A stretch of 43,856 bases of DNA from assembly GCA_018897475.1 (NCBI GenBank), contig JAHIKS010000093.1:1-43856 (forward strand), given 5' to 3'. Origin of the DNA: Candidatus Altiarchaeota archaeon. Lineage in GTDB: Archaea > Altiarchaeota > Altiarchaeia > IMC4 > QMZM01. Numbering within the stretch: position 1 is the first letter of the stretch; each line of letters begins with the position of its first letter. The position numbers and the translations under genes were made by a program. Shown piece after piece: positions 28,331 to 35,893 of this stretch. Under the pieces are notes generated by a model. That model saw only the letters and a program-made list of their open reading frames with translations, made no database searches and was not told where the DNA came from.

Positions 28331-29393
28331 TATTCAATATGTTTATCGCAGCATTAGGGTCTCTGTCCATTACCAAGCCGCAATGCGGACACCTATGTTC
28401 TCTTACCCAAATTGGCTTGTAGACATATTTTCCACATTCTGGGTTGCTGCAGTTTTGTGTTGTGTTTTTTGGATCTACCTTCGCAAGCGTCCTACCAGCT
28501 CCCTCCGCCTTGTAGGACAGCATCTGAATGAAGGTTGACCATGAAGAGTCTGCTGTATTCTGGGCATTATAAGAGGATTCCATCATCTCCTTTACCGCCA
28601 GGTCCTCTACACCTATAATGTCGTAGTTATTTATGTAGTAGCGTGAAAGCTTGTGCAGGAAGTCCCTTCGCCCATCAGTTATTCTTTCATATACTCTCGC
28701 CGTCTTTATCCTCTGCTTCAGTCTGTTCTTTGAACCCTTCTCTTTCTTTGCCAGGTTTCTCTGCTCTCTGGCAAGTTTCTCTTCCAGTTTAAGAAGATTA
28801 TGAGGGTGTTCTATCCACTCCCCATTGCTGTCGGTCAGGTAGTTCTCTATGTTCAGGTCCAGTCCGATTGCTTTCCCTGTAGTGCCTAATTTTTCTGCTT
28901 TGGTTTCTACAGAAAAGATTGCGAACCACCTCCCTGATTGCTCTCTCTTGATGTGGACTTGCTTTATACTCCCCTTTATCTTCCTGTGCAGTTTTATCGG
29001 AATTGGTCCTATCTTAGACAAACGTAGTCTGTTGTCGATGATTGCGAAACCTGTCTGATTGTAGACAAAGGATTTCATCCGAGTGTATTTCTTGAACCTG
29101 AGTCTGCCGACCTTCCTTCCTTTTGCTTTCAATCCCCTGAGCCCCCGCAGGTTGGAATATAGTTGCCATAAAACATACTGCCTTGTTTTAGAGTGGCTGT
29201 TTTCCAACTCAGGCCACTGCCGGACAAGATAAGGTATCTGGGCCTGTAAATCATATTTTGGAGGAACTTTATCTGATTCCTTCCACTTTCTGAGGAAGTA
29301 GTTGTAGAGTTTCCTGCAACTATCAAGGACTTCCAGCATCCCCATCTCCTGGGCCTTGCTTGGATAGAGCCTAAACCTTAGATTTCTTTGCAT
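28203..29393 (-). CDS. tnpB: TnpB (IS200/IS605-family OrfB) RNA-guided nuclease-type transposon protein
   Basis: 396 aa. N-terminal 'LRFRLYPSKAQE'. RuvC-I 'AIGLDLN'. RuvC-II 'IIGVEDL'. Zinc finger 'CSNPECGKY...HRCPHCG'. RuvC-III 'DRDPNAAINI'. No tnpA (Y1 transposase) is adjacent. Confidence 0.9.
   Translation of the reverse strand: MQRNLRFRLYPSKAQEMGMLEVLDSCRKLYNYFLRKWKESDKVPPKYDLQAQIPYLVRQWPELENSHSKTRQYVLWQLYSNLRGLRGLKAKGRKVGRLRFKKYTRMKSFVYNQTGFAIIDNRLRLSKIGPIPIKLHRKIKGSIKQVHIKREQSGRWFAIFSVETKAEKLGTTGKAIGLDLNIENYLTDSNGEWIEHPHNLLKLEEKLAREQRNLAKKEKGSKNRLKQRIKTARVYERITDGRRDFLHKLSRYYINNYDIIGVEDLAVKEMMESSYNAQNTADSSWSTFIQMLSYKAEGAGRTLAKVDPKNTTQNCSNPECGKYVYKPIWVREHRCPHCGLVMDRDPNAAINILNKALKEVGSVRPEPTPAEMKPLLQDFGSAASLVNETGSSFQKP
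28879..28890 (+). repeat. Near copy (11/12, GTAGTGCCTAAT) of the dispersed motif inside tnpB, antisense
   Basis: On the coding (minus) strand it reads aaa TTA GGC ACT ACa, giving K-L-G-T-T. This is the same frame and codons as the two exact intragenic copies. Confidence 0.7.
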
Positions 29394-29579
29394 TTTCTCC
29401 TTTGCGTTAGATATTTGGGGGCAGAGGAAGTTATACAGACGCGGTGTTTATTTTGTTTATTTCGTATATTTTGATGTGGTGATCCGTATATTCGGCTTTG
29501 CGTCGAAATAAATCACCTGGCAAAGCAACGTCATTTCCCTCCCTAAGGGGGAGAGGACTTAGACCACATTCAAGTTAAG

Positions 29580-29870
29580 ATGTTCGAGTGCATGAGAGAG
29601 AGCAAAGACGGAGTCATTATAGAAATCCATGTGGTTCCCGGTTCTAAGAGCGACGGGTTTTCCTATGACTCCTGGGAAAAACGACTGAAAGTAAGGGTTT
29701 CTTCCCCCGCCGTTAATGGAAAGGCAACCCGGGGGGTTGTTGCTATCTTCTCCAATCGGTTTGGTAATTGTGAACTCGTTTCGGGGGCGAAATCTAGAAA
29801 GAAGAGTTTGTTGGTTAGGGGCAAGAACATGGAGGAGGTAAGTGAAATTCTGGGTTCTCTGGTGAATTAA
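29580..29870 (+). CDS. DUF167 (YggU-like) protein
   Basis: 96 aa. 'IEIHVVPGSKSDGF', 'LKVRVSSPAVNGKAT' and 'LVSGAKSRKKSLLV' match the YggU/DUF167 pattern. Confidence 0.7.
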   Translation: MFECMRESKDGVIIEIHVVPGSKSDGFSYDSWEKRLKVRVSSPAVNGKATRGVVAIFSNRFGNCELVSGAKSRKKSLLVRGKNMEEVSEILGSLVN

Positions 29871-30051
29871 GCATATTTATTGATTGAATTCCAAGAAATA
29901 TGAGAATTGTTTCAGATTCACTCGTCAAGAATATAACGCGTTCACGCTCATAGTTGTTTGCCTTAATGAGAAGGATACCGAGGGTTAGCACTATTTCTTG
30001 GCTGTGATGCCTGAATAATTCCAAACACAATTAAATTTTGAGGTGATTGAT

Positions 30052-31221
30052 ATGGCAAAAGCGCCAGCAGATACGGTAAAATACAACATATACGCGGACA
30101 TTATCATAGACGGCGTGGTTGAGAAACCAGACGTTGTCGGAGCGATTTTCGGACAGTCCGAAGGCCTGCTCGGAGAAGAGCTTGAACTGAGAGACTTGCA
30201 GAAGACCGGGAGGATAGGTCGGATAGAGGTTGATGTTTCAACAAAGGCAGGAAAGTCGACAGGGAAGGTTACTGTGCCCTCCAGCCTGGATATGGTCGAG
30301 ACGTCAATTATCGCTGCTGCAATAGAGGGGGTCGATAGAGTGGGCCCCTGTAACGCGAAAATAACAGTAAAGGACGTTGAGGACGCACGAACCGCAAAGA
30401 GGAAGTCTGTAATTGATAGAGCAAAGGAGCTCCTGAAAAAGTTGATGGATGAGGAGATACCTGAAAGCGGTGCGCTGACTGAAGAGGTCAAGAAGGCGGT
30501 TCAGTTGAGTGAAATTGGTGATTATAGGGGGCTTCCTGCGGGGCCGGCGATAAGCGGTGCTGAGAGCATCATTCTTGTCGAGGGCAGAGCAGACGTGATA
30601 ACTCTGTTAAAGGCAGGGATAAAGAATGCCGTTGCTGTTGGCGGAACAAACATTCCAAAGACAGTTGTGGACCTAAGTAAGGAAAAAACGACCATTGCCT
30701 TTCTAGATGGTGACCGTGGCGGTGAAATGATATTGAAGGAGCTGTCACAGGTTGCGGAGATTGATTTTGTAGCTAGGGCGCCGAGGGGGAAAGAGGTGGA
30801 AGAGCTGGGTAAGAAAGAGATAATAATGGCTCTGAGAAGGAAGACCCCCCTAAGCCAGGTAAAGGGGAGCAATAATAGAGCACCCGAAAGGGGGAGCAAT
30901 AATAGAGCACCCGAAAGGGCCCAAGTAAAATCGAAAGACGATAAAGACAACGGGTTCCTGTCTCTTTTGGAGGACGTAAAGGGAAAATTAACCGCAAGGT
31001 TATATGACAACAACCTGACCCAGATTACGGAGATTGAGATTAAGGACCTTATAGACTCCCTTGGCGGGGTGCAGCCATATTGTGTCGTCTTTGATGGTAT
31101 TGTTACCCAAAGACTCATAGATGCTGCTGCATCAAGCAAGGTTACGTGTGTTGTAGGTATAAACAAGTCCTCAATCTCCAACACACGGGGAGTTCAGATT
31201 GTTACCGAGAGGGATAAATAA
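30052..31221 (+). CDS. dnaG: Archaeal DnaG primase-like protein (Toprim; exosome-associated)
   Basis: ORF track 30043..31221; ATG at 30052. Conserved archaeal DnaG N-terminus 'IIDGVVEKPDVVGAIFGQSEGLLG...LQKTGRIGRI'. Toprim motifs 'ILVEGRADVITL' and 'FLDGDRGG'. Confidence 0.9.
   Translation: MAKAPADTVKYNIYADIIIDGVVEKPDVVGAIFGQSEGLLGEELELRDLQKTGRIGRIEVDVSTKAGKSTGKVTVPSSLDMVETSIIAAAIEGVDRVGPCNAKITVKDVEDARTAKRKSVIDRAKELLKKLMDEEIPESGALTEEVKKAVQLSEIGDYRGLPAGPAISGAESIILVEGRADVITLLKAGIKNAVAVGGTNIPKTVVDLSKEKTTIAFLDGDRGGEMILKELSQVAEIDFVARAPRGKEVEELGKKEIIMALRRKTPLSQVKGSNNRAPERGSNNRAPERAQVKSKDDKDNGFLSLLEDVKGKLTARLYDNNLTQITEIEIKDLIDSLGGVQPYCVVFDGIVTQRLIDAAASSKVTCVVGINKSSISNTRGVQIVTERDK
30864..30917 (+). 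repeat. Perfect 27-bp tandem duplication inside dnaG
   Basis: GGGGAGCAATAATAGAGCACCCGAAAG occurs at 30864-30890 and again at 30891-30917. It is in frame and gives GSNNRAPER twice. Confidence 0.95.
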
Positions 31222-31280
31222 TCCCTCTTCTTTTTTTCTATTTTTATCCGTCTGAATCTAACTTAATAGTGGGTTCAAAC

Positions 31281-32744
31281 ATGCGCCTTGAGAGCATAGA
31301 TAGCACTAGAGACATTGAAATTGTAAGAGACCCAATGGCCAGGATTATTGGGCAGGGTGGTGCTATAGAGCGGGTCAAGGTTGCCATAAAACAGAGGAGA
31401 CATCTGCTTCTTGTTGGTCCCCCCGGAATCGGGAAGTCTATGGTTGCTCAGGCGATTGCCCTTTCACTTCCAGAGCCGGGGAAGGAGATTCGCGTTCTCC
31501 ATAACCCAGAGAACCCGGAGAGGCCGGTTCTTAAGGTTGTATCTCGGGAGGAGGTCGAAGAGAAAGAGGCGCCGCCGTCTGTTGATGACGGAGTCGTTAG
31601 CCCGCGGTCTGTTCCGTCCTTTGTTGCGGAGCGCCTTGGCTTCCGGTGCTTTGTTTGTGGGGCAATAAGCGGCGCACGGGAGCGGGCGTGTCCCTCCTGC
31701 GGGGCAAACAAATACAAGAAATTCGCATGGGACCAGCAGAGCTCGCCCCTAGGGGAGATAATAACTGAGGTCTTTGGGATTGGGGGGGAGGGCCCCGAAC
31801 TGGAGGTGAAGACAGTAACTACTGAGCCCTCTGGGGAGGAGCGTGTTGTGGTCTACCGCAGGATAGATGACGGGAGGATTGTGGTTCTGCAGAAGGGTGG
31901 TTTAGAGGAACCGGCTCAAGAAAAGGCCCCCCAGGCAATGAAGGTGTTAGTTCCACTTGGCAGGATCCCGTTCGTTCGCGCCACCGGCGCCTCAGAGACC
32001 GAGCTTTTGGGAGATGTAAGGCACGACCCGTATGGGGGCCACCCAGAGATTGGGGCTCCAGCATATCAGAGAGTTATTCCGGGTGCGATACATGATGCCC
32101 ATGAGGGCGTTCTCTTCATAGACGAGCTGCCCTCCATGGAACACCTACAAAGCTTCATCCTGACCGCGATGCAGGAAAAGAAGTTTCCAATTATTGGTAG
32201 AAACCCGCACTCCTCCGGGGCCTCAGTAAAGGTCGAGGACGTGCCCTGCGATTTTGTTTTTGTGGGTGCATGTAACACGCGGGAGCTTGCCGGGATGCTT
32301 CCGGCCCTGCGCTCCAGGATTGTTGGTTCGGGTTATGAGATTTTATTGGAAACAACAATGCCTGATTGTGAGGAGAACCAAATGGCGTTAATCAGGTTTA
32401 TTGCACAGGAAATTGAACTCGATGGTAAAATCCCCCACGCCAGTAGGGGGGCCGTTGAGGAGGCAATAAAGGTTGCTAGAAAGCGGGCACTAGAGATAGA
32501 CGGTGCGAGAAATTCCCTCACCCTTCGCCTTAGAGAGCTCGGGGGCCTGATACGGCTTGCGGGAGACATTGCCGTGTCTGAGGGCGCGGAATTTATAGAA
32601 GGAAAGCACGTTAAGAAGGGTATCAAGGAAACGCGGCCCATAGAACACCAGTTAAAGGACAAATACGGCTCTGTTTGGAAGGGGTTGGAGCGCGATAGTT
32701 ATATTGAGTCCACCCAAGACTCCCGGCTTGAGGGTTATGGGTGA
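31281..32744 (+). CDS. LonB-like AAA+ ATPase lacking the protease domain and the membrane insertion; Cys4 zinc-ribbon insert
   Basis: 'IIGQGGAIERVKVAIKQRRHLLLVGPPGIGKSM' (Walker A), 'GVLFIDELPSM' (Walker B) and 'LTAMQEKKFPIIGRNPHSSGASVKVEDVPCDFVFVGACN' align by eye with archaeal LonB. The insert between the Walker motifs has 'CFVCG...CPSCG' and no TM helices. The ORF ends where the LonB protease domain would begin. Confidence 0.75.
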   Translation: MRLESIDSTRDIEIVRDPMARIIGQGGAIERVKVAIKQRRHLLLVGPPGIGKSMVAQAIALSLPEPGKEIRVLHNPENPERPVLKVVSREEVEEKEAPPSVDDGVVSPRSVPSFVAERLGFRCFVCGAISGARERACPSCGANKYKKFAWDQQSSPLGEIITEVFGIGGEGPELEVKTVTTEPSGEERVVVYRRIDDGRIVVLQKGGLEEPAQEKAPQAMKVLVPLGRIPFVRATGASETELLGDVRHDPYGGHPEIGAPAYQRVIPGAIHDAHEGVLFIDELPSMEHLQSFILTAMQEKKFPIIGRNPHSSGASVKVEDVPCDFVFVGACNTRELAGMLPALRSRIVGSGYEILLETTMPDCEENQMALIRFIAQEIELDGKIPHASRGAVEEAIKVARKRALEIDGARNSLTLRLRELGGLIRLAGDIAVSEGAEFIEGKHVKKGIKETRPIEHQLKDKYGSVWKGLERDSYIESTQDSRLEGYG

Positions 32745-32790
32745 GGGGGGTCATTTCCGGTATTCTACTATGTCTTTGTTATGAGTAAGG

Positions 32791-32935
32791 GTTAGGCACT
32801 ACAATGCATCAGTAAATTGTTGGACATTATGAGAACTAAGAGTAGAAGGAGTTAGGCACTACGCAGAAAGAGAAAATTATATAAAAACATAATAGATGGA
32901 GTGTTGTATGGAGGTATTAAATGGTTAGGCACTAC
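32791..32935 (-). repeat. Cluster of three copies of the dispersed 12-nt motif (GTTAGGCACTAC on +)
   Basis: Exact copies at 32791-32802, 32851-32862 and 32924-32935, in the AT-rich gap between the convergent lonB-like and ssb-like genes. Confidence 0.9.
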
Positions 32936-32949
32936 ATACACTAACTCAA

Positions 32950-33282
32950 TTATTCCTCAACTACTATTTCCTCATCATCAGCCACGGCTTCCTCGCTACC
33001 AGCCACTATCAATTTACCGAATTTTCCTGTGCTTACCTGCATCTCACCACGATATTCTTTAGCCCATCCGTTCTCTATCACTATCTTATCGTTTGCCTTT
33101 ACCTGGTCTGCCTGCTCGTTCCAGAGGGTTAGGTTTATCTCGCCAGTTTCATCCTTTGCCTTGGCGTTTGCTACTCGGCCGGTGCCTCTAAAATTGGTAA
33201 ACTCCCTGGGTTCCTCAACCTCAACTACCTCCACTTCAAGTACATCAACTGACTTATTTGGCTGAACGTCTTTTATCTGCAT
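32950..33282 (-). CDS. Single-OB-fold ssDNA-binding (SSB/RPA-like) protein with acidic C-terminal tail
   Basis: 110 aa. 'VANAKAKDETGEINLTLWNEQAD' and 'IENGWAKEYRGEMQVSTGKFG' fit an OB-fold nucleic-acid-binding domain. Acidic tail 'EEAVADDEEIVVEE'. Confidence 0.6.
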   Translation of the reverse strand: MQIKDVQPNKSVDVLEVEVVEVEEPREFTNFRGTGRVANAKAKDETGEINLTLWNEQADQVKANDKIVIENGWAKEYRGEMQVSTGKFGKLIVAGSEEAVADDEEIVVEE

Positions 33283-33344
33283 TTTATATACCTCATGAAA
33301 TGATAGTTTATGATTTAGATGGGGAACTATATAAATGGGGAAGA

Positions 33345-34121
33345 TTAAGTCCCCAATTGAATGGCGCTATTAATCTCCTTTAGAGTAGCAATGGTGGACA
33401 TGGCAGCAAGATAGCTTGTTTTTGGGTTGTTGGGAGATGGAAGGTTCTCCATTTTAATATTAAATTCCCCAAACATCCCAACAACACGAATCTCATGCAC
33501 ATTTCTATTTACATCGGGATCTGCAATTATTCTTAGTTTCGTTTTATCAAATCCCATACCTACCAAAGAGAGGGTGGCGGCAACATTGACGTTTTTTGGG
33601 AATTTTTTGATTCCTTCTCTTGCAGTGCCTTCATAGACTATGGTTTCTTTATCTGTCGTAGTGCCTAACTCTGCCGGGGGCTTCCTTGTTGTCAATTCAA
33701 CCGAGTCGATTCCTTTGGTCTTGGCCGCCTTTATTCCATCCAAACCCGCAATCGCTCCGGACGGAACGTAAATCCTGCGGCCGGTTTTATTAATGAGTTG
33801 CGTTAATTCGTTAAAGAGGGCCTCATCAGCGAGGGCACCAACACTCATTATAAGGATGTCCTTTCCAGAGTCCAGGACCTTAACCCCATAGTCCCTTACT
33901 GCGTCCTGCGACGCGGCCTCCACCACCAAATCTGTGTCTTGAAGCAGGCCTTCAATGGAATCTGCGACGTCTGGTTTCCTACGTAGTTGGGTGGCCAGTT
34001 CTCTGGCCCGTTCAATGTCCTGGTCAAAGACAGCAACCAGGCTGCAATCAACCTCCTCCCTATCAATTGCATCGGCCAGAATTCTGCCGATGTTCCCGCA
34101 CCCCAGGAGACCAATTCTCAT
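33345..34121 (-). CDS. nadX: L-aspartate dehydrogenase
   Basis: ORF track 33345..34169; the likely ATG at 34119-34121 gives 'MRIGLLGCGNIGR' (Rossmann GxGxxG). The C-terminal 'ENLPSPNNPKTSYLAAMSTIATLK' is typical of the family. It contains an antisense copy of the 12-nt motif. Confidence 0.8.
   Translation of the reverse strand: MRIGLLGCGNIGRILADAIDREEVDCSLVAVFDQDIERARELATQLRRKPDVADSIEGLLQDTDLVVEAASQDAVRDYGVKVLDSGKDILIMSVGALADEALFNELTQLINKTGRRIYVPSGAIAGLDGIKAAKTKGIDSVELTTRKPPAELGTTTDKETIVYEGTAREGIKKFPKNVNVAATLSLVGMGFDKTKLRIIADPDVNRNVHEIRVVGMFGEFNIKMENLPSPNNPKTSYLAAMSTIATLKEINSAIQLGT
33658..33669 (+). repeat. Intragenic copy of the dispersed motif (GTAGTGCCTAAC on +, antisense to nadX)
   Basis: Exact 12/12. 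The coding strand reads gag TTA GGC ACT ACg, giving E-L-G-T-T. Extended to 33658-33672 (GTAGTGCCTAACTCT) it is identical to 37072-37086. Confidence 0.9.
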
Positions 34122-34153
34122 TTTCTTACCCTCTCCCCTTTTCTTACCTCCAC

Positions 34154-34969
34154 TCATCTTCTTACCCATAATTGCACCCTGATTAGAATATACAAGAGGA
34201 AAAAGATAAAAGAGAGCGCCAGGACACGTAGTTTGGACACCGGCCGCGCACGAGTCAAACCACCAACATCAAAAAACTTCCCCTTTTCAATATCCTCGAC
34301 ATACCTGAGAATTCCCTTCTTATGTCCTGCACCAACAACAGCCAGGATATTCTTCTCTGGGTTATTCGCCTGGAGATTATGGAGTGAGAGGGCCATATAT
34401 CTATCTCTTTCATCAACCAGCGCGCTGTAAAGGCAGGGCAGCCGTTTTCTAACAACACCCATAATCTTGTCAATATTCTCCTCCTCAAGGATGCTGCTCA
34501 AATCATTCCCGAATAGGTCACCAAAAACCAGGGCATCCTCCTTACCGAGACGCAACATCCTTAGAATCTCCCTAAATGGAATATTGACAAGCCGGCTGAT
34601 GGTAACCTCGATGTCCCTATCAATCAGTGCTATCCCTGCACCGGTTTCCTTGGAGAACTGAGTGGCTGCGAACATGTCTGAGCCCGGCGGAAGCCCATAC
34701 CTCTTTCCAAGGTTCTGCTGAATCAAAGCGAGAATTCCCCCCAGGAATACAAGAAACGACCCCCCCCTCACCGCCTCGGAGAGGGTGCTACCTGCGCTTT
34801 TCTGTGCCCCGCCCTGGTAAAAATCGGCACCCTGCGATTCCATTACACGGAATCTCTTCTCACACAGCTCAAGAGCAACGATATCCGGCCTCTCATCAAA
34901 GACGGCCTCCCTAACGCCCTCAACACTCCTCTCCAGAATGTGCCCCGTCCCGACGATTTTTATATTCAT
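34154..34969 (-). CDS. TraB/PrgY-family protein
   Basis: 'IKIVGTGHILERSVEGV', 'PDIVALELCEKR', 'IALIDRDIEVT' and 'LAVVGAGHKKGI', plus a C-terminal TM helix, match the TraB family pattern. Confidence 0.7.
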   Translation of the reverse strand: MNIKIVGTGHILERSVEGVREAVFDERPDIVALELCEKRFRVMESQGADFYQGGAQKSAGSTLSEAVRGGSFLVFLGGILALIQQNLGKRYGLPPGSDMFAATQFSKETGAGIALIDRDIEVTISRLVNIPFREILRMLRLGKEDALVFGDLFGNDLSSILEEENIDKIMGVVRKRLPCLYSALVDERDRYMALSLHNLQANNPEKNILAVVGAGHKKGILRYVEDIEKGKFFDVGGLTRARPVSKLRVLALSFIFFLLYILIRVQLWVRR

Positions 34970-35033
34970 CCTTACATAATTAAATACACGAAATTTAAAT
35001 GGTTGGATAAAATCAACTAATTGGAGGGATAAA

Positions 35034-35327
35034 ATGAGCAGGAGACTATCACAATTCTATGGGATGGACATATATACGGAACAGGCAGAGTACGTGGGTA
35101 AGGTGGAGGATGTTATTCTAAATCTGGACAAGGGCGAGATTATGCGTCTCACGCTTCGGTCCTTCAAGACGAGAAGGCTACCGAGCGAGGACGTGAGGAA
35201 GATTCTCCAGGAAGAGAGCATTGGATATCCCGATATAGAGCGGGTCGCTGACATAATAATATGTAAAAAAGACCCCCGGAAGTCAAAGAAGAGGGAGAAG
35301 ATTCCAACCCTAGAGGCGGCAGAATAA
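35034..35327 (+). CDS. PRC-barrel domain protein
   Basis: 97 aa. 'FYGMDIYTEQAEYVGKVEDVILNLDKGEI' fits the PRC-barrel N-terminal pattern. Confidence 0.55.
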   Translation: MSRRLSQFYGMDIYTEQAEYVGKVEDVILNLDKGEIMRLTLRSFKTRRLPSEDVRKILQEESIGYPDIERVADIIICKKDPRKSKKREKIPTLEAAE

Positions 35328-35342
35328 CCCCGCCAAATCAGG

Positions 35343-35891
35343 ATGAATATAACCTCCTTGAGAGAAAACCTTCTAAATCTGATTAAGAAAGAGGCCCTCT
35401 CCAAACAACCAGTCAAACTTTCTTCTGGAAAAGAGAGCAGCTACTATATCGACTGCCGGCTCGTTACTTTGAGCCCGGCAGGCTCGCTGGCGATTACTGA
35501 GATTCTTTTCGACATGCTAAAGGACGACGAGATTGATGCCTTTGGGGGCCCGACGCTTGGAGCGGACCCAATATGTGGCTCTCTGGCAGCAGTAAGCCAG
35601 CAGAAAGGAAAACCGCTTCCCTCATTCATTATACGGAAAGAGCCGAAGGCCCACGGCAAGGGTAAATGGATTGAGGGCCCGCTGAAACCCGGCACTATAG
35701 TCGCAATCTTCGACGACGTTGCAACAAGCGGCGGCTCCCTACTGAAGGCGATAAAGGCAGTAGAGGGGATGGGCTGCAAGGTAGCGAGAGTCATTGTTCT
35801 GGTGGACCGGGGGGAGGGGGCGAAAGAGAAGCTGGCCGAAGAAGGCCACTGCCTTGAGGCAATATTCACAAAAGAAGACCTCGGGGTCTGA
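35343..35891 (+). CDS. pyrE: Orotate phosphoribosyltransferase
   Basis: 182 aa. 'KLSSGKESSYYIDCR' and the PRPP-binding motif 'VAIFDDVATSGGS'. Confidence 0.85.
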   Translation: MNITSLRENLLNLIKKEALSKQPVKLSSGKESSYYIDCRLVTLSPAGSLAITEILFDMLKDDEIDAFGGPTLGADPICGSLAAVSQQKGKPLPSFIIRKEPKAHGKGKWIEGPLKPGTIVAIFDDVATSGGSLLKAIKAVEGMGCKVARVIVLVDRGEGAKEKLAEEGHCLEAIFTKEDLGV

Positions 35892-35893
35892 AA

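Larger units (their letters stand above)
28150..29575 (-). mobile_element. IS200/IS605-family, tnpB-only (IS1341-like) element; ends not resolved
   Basis: tnpB plus ~185 nt of non-coding sequence upstream (29394-29579, containing an imperfect CTCCC-TAAG-GGGAG hairpin). A perfect 9-bp-stem hairpin is centred on the tnpB stop codon. The boundaries given are only the maximal room between neighbouring genes. Confidence 0.45.

Noticed and set aside
27900-29600. Integrated element with an att duplication of the tRNA-Arg 3' half.
   Set aside because: I found no second copy of the tRNA 3' segment (GGGTTCGAATCCCGTCGGGTCCG) downstream, and no integrase gene. Only the tnpB-type IS is present.
29965-30015. 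C/D-box sRNA in the DUF167/dnaG intergenic region (AATGAGA ... GTGATGCCTGA), together with a degenerate motif-like string GTTAGCACTAT at 29984-29994.
   Set aside because: The C box is imperfect. The putative C' and D boxes are directly adjacent, leaving no 10-12-nt guide. The motif-like string has an indel and a mismatch, which is too weak to count.
32781-32928. Each of the three motif copies in this cluster is preceded by an in-frame ATG, giving micro-ORFs that end at the motif's TAG (MSKG*, MRTKSRRS*, MEVLNG*).
   Set aside because: The pattern is not reproduced for the six copies of the 37-kb array when read in the same orientation. ATGs are frequent in this AT-rich spacer, and no ribosome-binding signal was evident. 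I treat it as coincidence unless a genome-wide census says otherwise.
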